A stretch of 64,000 nt of DNA, from assembly GCA_945881865.1 (NCBI GenBank), contig CAMCVK010000012.1, positions 1,498 to 65,497 on the forward strand. Direction: 5' to 3'. The notes beneath the pieces are model-generated. The model made no database searches. It saw only the letters and a program-made list of their open reading frames with translations, and was not told the DNA's origin. Shown here one piece after another: positions 30,101-39,676 of the stretch. Positions within the stretch are counted from its first letter, which is position 1; each line of letters begins with the position of its first letter. Source of the stretch: Fimbriimonas ginsengisoli Gsoil 348 (GTDB lineage Bacteria > Armatimonadota > Fimbriimonadia > Fimbriimonadales > Fimbriimonadaceae). The translations under genes and the position numbers were made by a program.

Positions 30101-30442
30101 CTATCGAACCCAGTGCACGTCCACGATGCGACCGCCATCGAAGAGGAGCATGCAGGAGAGGACCGGCTTTGAGATGGTGATTTCGCGGGCTTCTTCGAAG
30201 GACTTGCCGACAATCTCGCCGTACAGGCCGGCGAGCAGGCCCATGTAGGTGGTCGCGTCGTCGGCCGAAGGAAAGCAGGCGAGGCCGTTCACGTTTTGCT
30301 GGTCCGGCAGCGTCACGTTGTTCGCCGCGTATCGGTTTTCCCCCACCGAAATAAGAAAAAGGCGATCTGGGAAGCCACCAAAGCCTCCCAACATCGCCTC
30401 ATCGAGGGTTAATCCACCCGGACGATCCGCAATCTGAGACAT
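30101..30442 (-). CDS. Hypothetical protein
   Basis: 113-aa ORF with host-like codon usage in a same-strand run. Confidence 0.65.
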   Translation of the reverse strand: MSQIADRPGGLTLDEAMLGGFGGFPDRLFLISVGENRYAANNVTLPDQQNVNGLACFPSADDATTYMGLLAGLYGEIVGKSFEEAREITISKPVLSCMLLFDGGRIVDVHWVR

Positions 30443-30477
30443 GTTCTCTATTTTGCGACGTTCGTCCGGTTGGAGTT

Positions 30478-31173
30478 TCAGTTTCCTTCTTCGTCCTTCT
30501 GCTCGAACTTCTTGCCGCCCATTTCGGCCAGCTTCTTCCTCTGAGCTTCGGTGAGGAGCTTGCCTAGTTCGTCATTCATGACCTTGCCGTTCTTAGCCAT
30601 GATCGCCTGGATCTCGTCGCGCTGGATTTCACCGTTGCGCATCTTCTCCATGACAGACTGGTTGGCTTCTCGCGACTTGTCCTGAAGCGCCTTCATTTTT
30701 GTCTTCTGGTCAGCCGTCATTTCGAGTGCCTTTTGCACGTCTTCGCGCGTAATGGCCTGGTTACCAGCGAGCTGGATCGTGATCTCTTTCAAGCGGGTCT
30801 GCTGTTCCGGCTTCAGGATCTTGGCGATCTCGGCGTCGCTTTCCTTCTGGAGCTTCTGGAAAGCAGCTTGCATGGCTTCTCGATCCGGTGGGCCGCCGGC
30901 GGCACGCAGCTCTTGGAATACGCTCATCATCTTGTCTTGTGATGCCTTCTGGGCGTCTTCGAGCTGGCGGGTCTGGTCGTCGGTTAGGGCGAGGTCTGCC
31001 TTAACGTCCTTTCGAGCCAGAATCATTGCGGCGGGCTGGGCGCCGCCCATTCCACGGCCCATTCGCATCATGCCGCCGCCTTGGCCGCCTCCACGAGGGA
31101 ATCCCTGCGCGAACGCGCTAACGGCGAGAATCGAAACGGCCACTACGGCCACGAGTTTGGTGATTGTTTTCAT
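30478..31173 (-). CDS. Periplasmic Spy/CpxP-like (LTxxQ repeat) helical protein
   Basis: Signal peptide plus repeated LTDDQ/LKPEQ/MTADQ/LTEAQ motifs. ATGA-coupled to the secretin. Confidence 0.7.
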   Translation of the reverse strand: MKTITKLVAVVAVSILAVSAFAQGFPRGGGQGGGMMRMGRGMGGAQPAAMILARKDVKADLALTDDQTRQLEDAQKASQDKMMSVFQELRAAGGPPDREAMQAAFQKLQKESDAEIAKILKPEQQTRLKEITIQLAGNQAITREDVQKALEMTADQKTKMKALQDKSREANQSVMEKMRNGEIQRDEIQAIMAKNGKVMNDELGKLLTEAQRKKLAEMGGKKFEQKDEEGN

Positions 31174-33617
31174 GAGTTTCCTCCGGTCTTCTTCTCTTCA
31201 GTCTTCTTTTCTTCGGTCTTCTTAACGGGGGTTTTTGGCGGGATGCCGGTCTTCGGCGGAATCGCCTTGTTGACTTCGATCTGTTGCGCCGGGCTGAGGC
31301 CCTTTACCGTTCGCTCCCGCAGGTTCTTGGCGTCCATGTCGTCGCGCACGACGCGCGGGGTGAGAAACACCAGGAGCTCGGTTTTTTGCTTGGTCTTGCT
31401 GCTCGACTTGAACAGCTCACCCAAAATCGGGATGTCGCCGAGCAACGGCACCTTGCGAACCTTCGAAGTCACCGTGCTGCGGATGATTCCGCCGAGAACG
31501 ATCGTCTCTCCGTCTCGAACCGAAACCGTGGTGTCGGCTTGCCGCTGGTTCACGATGGGAGCGTTGAAGCTGGTGTAGCCCTGCAGGTCGTTTGCCGTCT
31601 GCGTCACGTCCATCGTCACAAAGCCGTTCGCCGTAATCCGAGGCGTTACGTTGAGCACGATGCCAACATCCTGGAACGCATAGTTGTAGGTGAGGTTGCC
31701 GTTGGCGTCCTCCCGTGAACTGAGAACGTATGGCACGCTTTGCGAGATATTGATCTCGGCCTGCACGTTGTTCGACGTGAAGATCTTAGGCGTTGAGAGC
31801 ACCTGGAACCGATCGTCGCTCTTCAGGGCGTTAACGATGACGTCGAGGTTGCCGCCGGTGATGGTGTACTTGAAGCCGCCGTTCGTTGTGTCCTGGGTAC
31901 CCGGGAAAGTGGTTGCCGCATTGCCGGTCACTCCCGTTTGGTTGAACGCCTTGTCCTGCGCGTACTTCCACTCAAAGCCGAACTTGTTCGTCTCGTCGAG
32001 GGTCGCTTCCACGATCAGGGTCTCGATCATGACCTGCTCCGGAATCTTGTCCAACTGGCCGATGATCGACTTCACGAGTTCCGCGGATTCGGGCGTTCCA
32101 ACCACGATGATCGAGTTGGTGTTCGGGTCGGCAATGGTAGTCACCTGACCCGCGAGATCGCGAATGTTGACGATTCGTCCGCTGGCATCGCGGGCCGGTG
32201 GATTTTGGTTGCGATTCTGGTTGTTCTGTCCGCCGCCAAATCCCTGGCCACCGAAGAAGCCAAAGCCCTGGGCGACGCCGACGCGCGTGAGAAGCTCACC
32301 CTCATCCGCGTTCGGGTTGGCCAGCTCAACCGCCAGATCATTCGGCGACAGGTTGTTATTTCCGCCGAGTCCGCCGCCACCGTTATTTCGGTTTTGGTTG
32401 TTACGGTTCTGGTTGTTGGTCCCGGTTCGGCCCATGTTGTTTGTGCCGCCTCGGTTGGTGCCGGTGCCGGTTCGCTGCCCAAAGGCCTGGTTCAGCAGGT
32501 TCGCGACGCTATCGGCCCGAGCATTATCCAAAGGAATAACGAACGTCGACGACTGGATGGGCACATCCTTGTCGAGCTCTTTCACGATCTGCGACACCAG
32601 TTCCTGGTTCTCGGCGGTCGCCGTAACGATGAGGCTGTTGCTTCGGGTGTCGGAAGTGACCGACCCCTGACCGGTATTTTGGTTCTGCCGGAATGCACCG
32701 AAGAAGCCGCCGAATCCGCCGCCACCTTGGTTCTGGTTCGTGGTTTGGCCGCGACCTTTCGGTGCATTCGCTGTCAGCACGTTCTGGATCGTCGGCTGGA
32801 CCTCGGATGCGACTGCATAGTCGAGCTTGTAGACGATCGGCTTTTGTGGAGCATCCGTTTCCTTGTCGAGCTGCTTGATCAGGTCGGCGACGTCGCGTTG
32901 CTGCTCGTTCGGCGCATTCACGATGACGGAATTGCTAAAGTCGTCCGAGCTCGCCTTTACGGTTGGAGCAGATTGCCCTCTTCCAAACTGAGCAAATGGA
33001 TTGCCGCCGCCACCACCGCGTCGGCCACCACCGCCACCGCCGCCTCCGAACAAGTTGAACGGAAATCCGCCGCCCTGATCTTGCGAGGCAAAGACCTCGT
33101 TAAGGACTCGCGCTAGAGCCGAGGCGCTGGCGAACTTAACCGGATACACCTTCAGGTCGTTCTTGGCGTTTCCGCCCATCATGCTCGCAAACATCGATGG
33201 GTCGAAGGAGGGTGCGGCTTGCGGTCGCTCCACTCGCTTTTTGATGACGAGCAGGCTGTCGTCTTTGACCAAGTCAAAGCCCTTCAGACTCAAAGTGGTG
33301 CTGAGGATTTGGAACGCATCCTTGAGGGGAATCGGCTTAGCACTTGTAATCGAGAGCCGATCCACCAATGCCGGATCCTTGACGATCGAAACGCCCGACG
33401 TCTTCTGGAACAGAGCAAGAATCATATCGACGTTCGCGTTGCGAAAGTCGAGCTTGATGCGGGTCTTCGGGTTGAGCTTGAGGCCCTCCCACGGCTTCTT
33501 CGCGGACGCCGACGACGTGGCTCCACCGCCAAAGTCGAACTGAGCCATGGCCGACATCGGAACGATGGTGGCAAGGCATAGGATTAAGAATTTATTTCGC
33601 AAGTGCATTGTCTCCAT
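31170..33617 (-). CDS. gspD: Type II secretion secretin GspD
   Basis: N0/N-domain repeats (SDTRSNSLIVTA, ADPNTNSIIV), QVMIETLIVE, VLSTPKI, KVPLLGDIPILGELF, ELLVFLTPRVV. Confidence 0.92.
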   Translation of the reverse strand: METMHLRNKFLILCLATIVPMSAMAQFDFGGGATSSASAKKPWEGLKLNPKTRIKLDFRNANVDMILALFQKTSGVSIVKDPALVDRLSITSAKPIPLKDAFQILSTTLSLKGFDLVKDDSLLVIKKRVERPQAAPSFDPSMFASMMGGNAKNDLKVYPVKFASASALARVLNEVFASQDQGGGFPFNLFGGGGGGGGRRGGGGGNPFAQFGRGQSAPTVKASSDDFSNSVIVNAPNEQQRDVADLIKQLDKETDAPQKPIVYKLDYAVASEVQPTIQNVLTANAPKGRGQTTNQNQGGGGFGGFFGAFRQNQNTGQGSVTSDTRSNSLIVTATAENQELVSQIVKELDKDVPIQSSTFVIPLDNARADSVANLLNQAFGQRTGTGTNRGGTNNMGRTGTNNQNRNNQNRNNGGGGLGGNNNLSPNDLAVELANPNADEGELLTRVGVAQGFGFFGGQGFGGGQNNQNRNQNPPARDASGRIVNIRDLAGQVTTIADPNTNSIIVVGTPESAELVKSIIGQLDKIPEQVMIETLIVEATLDETNKFGFEWKYAQDKAFNQTGVTGNAATTFPGTQDTTNGGFKYTITGGNLDVIVNALKSDDRFQVLSTPKIFTSNNVQAEINISQSVPYVLSSREDANGNLTYNYAFQDVGIVLNVTPRITANGFVTMDVTQTANDLQGYTSFNAPIVNQRQADTTVSVRDGETIVLGGIIRSTVTSKVRKVPLLGDIPILGELFKSSSKTKQKTELLVFLTPRVVRDDMDAKNLRERTVKGLSPAQQIEVNKAIPPKTGIPPKTPVKKTEEKKTEEKKTGGNS

Positions 33618-33632
33618 TCGAAAAATTGGTGA

Positions 33633-34379
33633 TCATTGTCCACCGATGACGATTTGTGCGGGGGGTGCTCCCGGGGCAATGTTGCCTCCGCCGCCCGGAA
33701 ACCCACCACCGGGAAATCCGCCGCCTTGAAAGCCTCCGCCGGGGAAGCCGCCACCGCGGCCGGCCGCAGGATTCGCGGTGCCAGGTAGGGGCTGGATGCC
33801 GATGTTACCGGTTACGGGCACGGTCATCGGACCAACCGGTCCGCCCTCGTAGCTGCCGTCCGGATTGATGAGAGAAACGGTTCTCGCCACGCCTTCATCG
33901 CCCAGCAAGACGATGGATTCTTGGGTGACGGTGAGCACTTTGCATGCCTTCCAGGTTTGGCCTGGTCTCAAGTACTCGCCTTCGCCGGTAGCGCTGTTCT
34001 CGACAAGCGCGTTCATCGCACCGTCCACTTCGGCAATGCCGGTAAATGTCCACCCACTCTGTCCACCTGCGAAAGTAGTGGGAATGATATTCGAGACGGT
34101 TGGCATGGTCGAAAGTCCATCCTTCTTCCGGAAGACGAGTGGCTTAAAAGCGTTTCGCGGCTCGGCCGCCGTCGCACGCTGAATCGGCGTGAACTTGGCG
34201 GTGTAGTCTTCGGGCAGATATTCATCCTTCTTTGCCGTGGTCGTCCGTACTGTCTTCTTCTTTGCCACGCCGGTTTTTGGCGCAGAATCGTCAAAGTACA
34301 CATATATAGCCGCCGCAACTGAAACGGAGATGAAGATCACCCAAAACATTCGGTTGTTCTTGCCTTCTGGTTTAGCCAC
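33633..34379 (-). CDS. GspC-like bitopic protein with Gly/Phe/Pro-rich tail
   Basis: N-terminal TM, RNAFKPL, FTGIAEVDG...ALVEN...YLRPGQ. Position between gspM and gspD. Confidence 0.55.
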   Translation of the reverse strand: MAKPEGKNNRMFWVIFISVSVAAAIYVYFDDSAPKTGVAKKKTVRTTTAKKDEYLPEDYTAKFTPIQRATAAEPRNAFKPLVFRKKDGLSTMPTVSNIIPTTFAGGQSGWTFTGIAEVDGAMNALVENSATGEGEYLRPGQTWKACKVLTVTQESIVLLGDEGVARTVSLINPDGSYEGGPVGPMTVPVTGNIGIQPLPGTANPAAGRGGGFPGGGFQGGGFPGGGFPGGGGNIAPGAPPAQIVIGGQ

Positions 34380-34986
34380 CTTTCGTTTGCTCCTTGGGTT
34401 GGGTTGTGCGGGAAGCCTTTTTTGTACCGGAAGGCGCCGTTGTCGGCTCGGCGAGTTTCGGCGGTTCCGGAGCAAGGTAGGCGATTAAGCCGATCGTTGC
34501 CGTCACTTTGTCCGAGGCTGAATCTGCCGATGCAATTTGTACTAAGTTCACGGCGAGCTTGTTTTCCTTACGCTCTAGGCGAGGAATGAGTGCCTTCACT
34601 TCGGCGAAGGAACCCTCCAGGGTTAGAACGTACGGAACCTGCGAAAGTTTTCCTCCCACCGCCATCCGCTGGGGTCGGAAAGAAATCATCTTGATTTTCG
34701 TTGGTTCGAGCAGACCGTTGACACTGGCCAGCGCGACAGGCGTCACGTTTTGCTCCGTCCCTGTCCATGCGTAGTCCGTAAGCCACTTGTTCGCGGATTC
34801 CGCCCGCTCCTCGGCGTTACGGGTGGCGATCTTCGCCTTCATCTCGTTTTTGCGCTGGCTCGTCGCCAGACCCTTAACCGTCGGCTTTTGACCCAAAAGC
34901 ATCCACAGCAAAAGAACGACCAAGATCAGAATCGAGGCGAGCGAGATGGCGTTGGGAACGGCTTGCTCCCGGTCTCGAAAGTTCAA
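34372..34986 (-). CDS. PilO/GspM-like protein
   Basis: TM, coiled coil, ferredoxin-like domain (LTLEGSFAEV). Operon position. Confidence 0.7.
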   Translation of the reverse strand: MNFRDREQAVPNAISLASILILVVLLLWMLLGQKPTVKGLATSQRKNEMKAKIATRNAEERAESANKWLTDYAWTGTEQNVTPVALASVNGLLEPTKIKMISFRPQRMAVGGKLSQVPYVLTLEGSFAEVKALIPRLERKENKLAVNLVQIASADSASDKVTATIGLIAYLAPEPPKLAEPTTAPSGTKKASRTTQPKEQTKGG

Positions 34987-36218
34987 GAGCGGCTCCTTTT
35001 AGATTGCATGAGAATGGGTAGGTTGCCGACCGGGAAGGCCGAAACGCTGAACTGAGTGACCGGAATCTTGTCAATGTTCGAATTATTGGCGAACACCAAC
35101 CGCACGTTTCGCAGCCGGGGCTGCGCGGCCAGCAAGCGAACGTAGTTCGCAACCGCTCCGCTTGTCTTTGCGATTCCCCGAAGCTGAAGCTCTTTGCCGC
35201 GTTCCAGCGAGATTCCCGTGAGCCAGACGCCGTCGGGCAGCTTGTCGGAAGCGGTGGTGAAGATATCGCCAAACGCCTGCGCGGGGGCGTAACCTCGACG
35301 AAGCTCGTTCTCAAAGTCTGTGAGCTTCACGGCGTCGGCCTCGGCAACTTTTTGGATACTTTGGAGCTTGCGAAGTTGCCGGCCGAACTTGGCTTCTTCC
35401 GCCCGCACCTTCGCCGCCGCGTCGTCGTAATCGGAATAGACGTAAAGGGCAAGCGCGCCCGCCGCCGCCGCCATCAGCAAGGCGGTCCGCATCTTCTGCG
35501 ATTTTTGCCGCGATTCTTCAGCCGCGACGGTTTCGGGCAACCGCAGGTTCAACGTACCTCCAGGATGTTCCGCAATCGCGGCTAGCGAGGAACTGCTCAC
35601 TTGGCGGTCGGCGCCGACCCAAGCGTTTGGTCCCGCCGCAATCGTCGGTGCGCAGGGAATACCGGCGATCGTGAACGTTCGGCAGACGTCGGCTTCCAGG
35701 TTTGGCCCCACCGTGACGATCCGGCTGTAGCAGGCGACTCCGGAGGAAACGATGTCAATCGCGATGCCGTCATCCGCGGGCTGAACCACCGCGGCCTCGC
35801 GCATACCAGCTTTTGCCGCCAGCAGCGCCGAACCGAGCGAAGCAGGCACGACCCGCCGAACCTTGATTCCGGCGGTGGCGAGTTGGGCTTGGGCAGATCG
35901 GATATCGGTTGCCGAAGCCGCTACGACAAGTGCCAGATGGCCCCCGTCTGCGGTGTCTTCCGTCAGCGTGAAGTCGAAGGCCAACTCCTTCAAGCTCAGC
36001 GGGAATAGCTCCTCGGCCCGAATGAGTAGGATCTGTCGATTCTCGGCGTACGAGACGTGAGGCAAGCGGGTTGTACGGACAAAGACGCTTCGCCGGCCAA
36101 GGGCGAGAATCGCCTCTCGTCCAGAAAGGCCGTCCAGCGAGTTCCGGGTGGTTCCCGTTCGTCCGTCGTAGGCCGTGTAGCCACGCGACGACCATTCAAT
36201 CACAAGGTCTGGGGTCAT
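34983..36218 (-). CDS. GspL/PilM-PilN-like protein
   Basis: Actin-like cytoplasmic domain, TM, then PilN domain (LPDGVWLTGISL...LRGIA). Confidence 0.75.
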   Translation of the reverse strand: MTPDLVIEWSSRGYTAYDGRTGTTRNSLDGLSGREAILALGRRSVFVRTTRLPHVSYAENRQILLIRAEELFPLSLKELAFDFTLTEDTADGGHLALVVAASATDIRSAQAQLATAGIKVRRVVPASLGSALLAAKAGMREAAVVQPADDGIAIDIVSSGVACYSRIVTVGPNLEADVCRTFTIAGIPCAPTIAAGPNAWVGADRQVSSSSLAAIAEHPGGTLNLRLPETVAAEESRQKSQKMRTALLMAAAAGALALYVYSDYDDAAAKVRAEEAKFGRQLRKLQSIQKVAEADAVKLTDFENELRRGYAPAQAFGDIFTTASDKLPDGVWLTGISLERGKELQLRGIAKTSGAVANYVRLLAAQPRLRNVRLVFANNSNIDKIPVTQFSVSAFPVGNLPILMQSKRSRS

Positions 36219-37498
36219 GAGCGTTTCTCCACAATCGTGACGGTTGCGGTTGGGTCGGTTTGCCAGTACCAGCGGGTTCTCATATCGTTATAGGGCGGGG
36301 TTGAAATGGAGATCACTTTAATTCGGTCGTTTTGGACGTCGACGATGGCCTCGAGCGGGACCGAAGCGGAACCAGCTTTGCCGACGACGCGGACGAGGAA
36401 CGTGTCGCTATACACGGTAAAGCGAGCGGCGGTTTGCTGCAAGACGGTTCCGGTCATTCCCGGGATCGACGTAACGTCACCGAGGCTCTCGAATCCCTGG
36501 CTTTGGCGCTGCAAGATCGCCTGGACGATGTCCGGCGTCAACTCCGGCACCGAGGACAGAACACTCTCGTCGGCAGTGTTTAGGTTGATTTTTCCTTGGA
36601 TACGGGGTGCGCCGCTCGTGGTGAGGTTGTCGAGCACCGTGCGCTGCTGGTTGGCTCCGGCCAGACCCGGGAGGGCCAGAAGCTCGGCGAGCGTCCAGTT
36701 CTTGCGGGCAGCAATTTGGTTCGATAGCTGAAAGTTGAAGTTCAGCGGCGGTTGGCGAAGTCGCTGGGCGTTTGTGCCCTGCGCGTTGACATTGATTTTT
36801 GCCGTGCCGGTCGGGGTCACTTCGGGACTGAAGCTGTACGCGGTGAGTAAATCGTAGAGAATCGGAGTTTCGCCGTTTCGCCCTGGAACGAGTCCGCTCG
36901 AGGTGATGCTCTCGACCGTGTTGTAAAGCACGTCGGCGGTGAAGCCCTTGACCTGGAGAAGCTCATCCACCGTTTCAAAGTTTGCGAGCTTGGCGTTGTA
37001 ACCGTTCGTCAGGTTGTTGTAGTACTCGTCCTTGGCGCCTTCCGGACGGGCATCTCGCGAGCCTTCGCGGAAGTCTAGGAGAGACTCGATCTGCTCGGTT
37101 GTCAGCGGGAGCTTCTGAAGCTGCGCCTCGGTGGCCGAGTTCAGGTTTAGCAAACCGGCCGTATCGACGATCTGCATGCGGAAGGTCAAGTCGTCGACTT
37201 CGAACTCTTCATCGCCCCGATTGCCGAGGGTTGCCCAGCTATCGGTGCTCAGCGTCGGCTTTTTGGTCACGGTCGAGGAGGTGCCGGTGGTCGATTCTCG
37301 GCTGGCGACGATCTCGGCAAGGGCACGCTGCAACCCGGTCTCGGCCGCTCGCTTCGCCCGTTCCAGCTCGTTTCGCTGGATGACATCCCGCACGATGGTC
37401 CGCTGGTTCCCCGCAACGACGACGAGGACGCTCACCAGAGCGGCCAATACCGCCAGGGTGAAAATGAAAACCGAGCCAGATTGGTGCCGACGGTTCAC
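36215..37498 (-). CDS. gspK: Minor pseudopilin GspK
   Basis: RRHQSG|SVFIFTL prepilin site, D..GLLNLN, IESLLDFR, FETVDELLQVKG, HhH motifs. Confidence 0.85.
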   Translation of the reverse strand: MNRRHQSGSVFIFTLAVLAALVSVLVVVAGNQRTIVRDVIQRNELERAKRAAETGLQRALAEIVASRESTTGTSSTVTKKPTLSTDSWATLGNRGDEEFEVDDLTFRMQIVDTAGLLNLNSATEAQLQKLPLTTEQIESLLDFREGSRDARPEGAKDEYYNNLTNGYNAKLANFETVDELLQVKGFTADVLYNTVESITSSGLVPGRNGETPILYDLLTAYSFSPEVTPTGTAKINVNAQGTNAQRLRQPPLNFNFQLSNQIAARKNWTLAELLALPGLAGANQQRTVLDNLTTSGAPRIQGKINLNTADESVLSSVPELTPDIVQAILQRQSQGFESLGDVTSIPGMTGTVLQQTAARFTVYSDTFLVRVVGKAGSASVPLEAIVDVQNDRIKVISISTPPYNDMRTRWYWQTDPTATVTIVEKRS

Positions 37499-38220
37499 TA
37501 GCCACCCTCCGTGATCGGGTTGTCCCGGGTGACGTCGCTGGCCGCCATCTTCACCGTGAAGGTGCGCTCGGCCTCCCCGTCGGTGGTGTAGCTCACTCGA
37601 ACTGCGGCAGGTAAGCGTTTGGTTGGCTGGGTTCGAGTGTCCCAGGCCGCAATCCAAGACGTACCGTCATAGAACTCAAAACTTAGCCCGCTGATGTTGC
37701 TGGCAAGGGTCGTTTCCGTTCCGCCCTGGGTCGGGTCGCCGTCACCGGGGCGTTGGGTTCGCAGATAGACCGCTCCAGTTGCCGCCCCCGAAGGCTGCCC
37801 CGTCGCAGAAGGGGAGATTCCGACTTCCGCAACGCCTCCGCGCGGCCCAATCGTTTCGTTGGCGGTTTCAAAGGTCAGGTTGCGGTCGAGAACGCTCGCC
37901 GGGAGGCGGCTCCCGGTAACGGAGAAAGTAAGGGTATCGGCGTCGCCGGTGCCATCGCCTTGGTTGATCAGCCCGGCGCTCGCCACAAAGTAGGTCGTCT
38001 CCGTCGTTGCGTTCGGAGTGAGGTATGCCCTCAGGAGCAACGACCGGACGGTGGACTCGAATGTCTCGGAAGAGCGGTCGCGCGCGTCGCTGTCAGAAAG
38101 GCGCTCGTCGTAGCGGATTCCGGCGCTTAGCGCTTGGGCGGCGGCGGCGTACAGGATGGTCATCAGCACGACGACGGCTAAGACTTCCACCAAAGTAAGG
38201 CCCGCTTGCCTGCGTCTCAA
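37498..38220 (-). CDS. gspJ: Minor pseudopilin GspJ-like
   Basis: RRRQAG|LTLVEVL, LSFEFYDGTSW...LPAAVRV. Confidence 0.8.
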   Translation of the reverse strand: MRRRQAGLTLVEVLAVVVLMTILYAAAAQALSAGIRYDERLSDSDARDRSSETFESTVRSLLLRAYLTPNATTETTYFVASAGLINQGDGTGDADTLTFSVTGSRLPASVLDRNLTFETANETIGPRGGVAEVGISPSATGQPSGAATGAVYLRTQRPGDGDPTQGGTETTLASNISGLSFEFYDGTSWIAAWDTRTQPTKRLPAAVRVSYTTDGEAERTFTVKMAASDVTRDNPITEGG

Positions 38221-38615
38221 TTCGTGCCCCCGGCGGTCGTCGTCTCGGCCGGTTGCCGGTAGATCAACCCGGTGTAGCGCGAGCTGATGCTATCGCCAAT
38301 CTCCGCCGTCAGGGTTACCGCCTCCAGGTCCGTCGTCCCGGTGGTGCTAACTTCGGCATTCCATTGAATCTCAGGGTGGCCTTCGGCCGCAAAATCGCCG
38401 CCGGTCGTTCCGTTGAACACGTCCTCGGTCGCGGTGATCTCGTCAAACTTCTGAACGAGCAACTGGTTAAGTAGCTCGACCTGCCGGGTTCGCGTTTGGT
38501 TCTTCGCCATCGCGCTCAGTCCGCCCATCACCGAGGTGATACCCACCCCGAGCAGGACGATGGAGACCAGAGCCTCCACCAATGTGAAGCCCCCCCGTTG
38601 GCGTCGCCTATGCAC
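38217..38615 (-). CDS. gspI: Minor pseudopilin GspI-like
   Basis: RQRGG|FTLVEALV. Confidence 0.8.
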   Translation of the reverse strand: MHRRRQRGGFTLVEALVSIVLLGVGITSVMGGLSAMAKNQTRTRQVELLNQLLVQKFDEITATEDVFNGTTGGDFAAEGHPEIQWNAEVSTTGTTDLEAVTLTAEIGDSISSRYTGLIYRQPAETTTAGGTN

Positions 38616-39138
38616 GTTTCTCGTACTCTCCCGCGGGCCAATTCTCTTCCTGGGCGTCTGGCAAGGGCCCGCGAATCGCTTCGCCAAATCCACGCCGGTC
38701 AACGTTGAGCGACCGAGTCTGTTCGTTGAGAACCAACGTCACGCCACCACCGTTGCTCGTACCATCCGGATAGAACGTAACTTCCCAATCGTTGGACTGC
38801 GAGTCCTGCGTTCCTTTACGGAACACGTTCGCGGTTGCACCAGATACGAGGGAGAGAGATTTCACGGTGGTGGGGGTCGCGTCGGGTTCGTTAGGATTGG
38901 CGCTGTCTTGTTGGATGACGAGCTGAGATTGATCGTCGCTGAGGCGAAGACGGACGGTCTCCCCGGTTCGAATCGCGGTTTCGCGGGCGATGGAGGGCAA
39001 CCGGTTGAGGCTGCCCCAGAACTCTCGTTCCCGGTTTGACTGCTCCCAGGTGACCACACGCGGCACCACCACGCCGACCAAGATCAGCAACAGGGCAATC
39101 ACCGTGCTGAGCTCAATCAAGGTGAAGCCGCGTCTAAT
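38608..39138 (-). CDS. gspH: Minor pseudopilin GspH-like (apparent ATT start)
   Basis: IRRG|FTLIELSTV, VTFYPDGTSNGG. The prepilin leader is only obtained from ATT at 39138. Confidence 0.8.
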   Translation of the reverse strand: MRRGFTLIELSTVIALLLILVGVVVPRVVTWEQSNREREFWGSLNRLPSIARETAIRTGETVRLRLSDDQSQLVIQQDSANPNEPDATPTTVKSLSLVSGATANVFRKGTQDSQSNDWEVTFYPDGTSNGGGVTLVLNEQTRSLNVDRRGFGEAIRGPLPDAQEENWPAGEYEKRA

Positions 39139-39621
39139 TTACTCCTCCTCGCTCACGTCGGCAGCCTCGCCTTCGCCGCCCTGTTGGCCGTCGCTTCCGT
39201 AGCTGCGAAGGCCAAAGGATTCGGCGCCGCTCTGGCCGGGATACTCGTATTCATACGGGTTCCCCCAGGGGTCGGCGGGAACATCCTTCGTGATGTAGGG
39301 TCCCTTCCAGTTGCTCACATCGGCCGGTTGGAGTCGGAGCGCTTGCAAGCCTTCCTCCGTGCTTGGATAGCGGCCGGTGTCGAGGCGAAAAGCGTTGATA
39401 GAACCCGCGAGGGTGCTGATATCCGACTTTGCCTTGGCGATCTTTGCATCGCTCGTTCGCCCGATTACTTTCGGAACGACAAGCGCAGCAAGAATCGCGA
39501 TGATCAGGATAACGACCATCAATTCGATGAGGGTAAAGCCCCGCTTCCGCCTTGCGGAGCCGGCGGCCCGGTTAGTTCCCGAAGCCGTTGGGAAGCACTG
39601 CGTTAGGAGGTTGGGTTTCAT
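39139..39621 (-). CDS. gspG: Major pseudopilin GspG
   Basis: RKRG|FTLIELMVV, FRLDTGRYPSTEEGLQAL, WKGPY, DPWGNPY.Y. Confidence 0.95.
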   Translation of the reverse strand: MKPNLLTQCFPTASGTNRAAGSARRKRGFTLIELMVVILIIAILAALVVPKVIGRTSDAKIAKAKSDISTLAGSINAFRLDTGRYPSTEEGLQALRLQPADVSNWKGPYITKDVPADPWGNPYEYEYPGQSGAESFGLRSYGSDGQQGGEGEAADVSEEE

Positions 39622-39676
39622 ATTTCCAGCTTGATTCATTCTGCAATTCATGGGTGACTAAACTTCTGAAGAAAGG

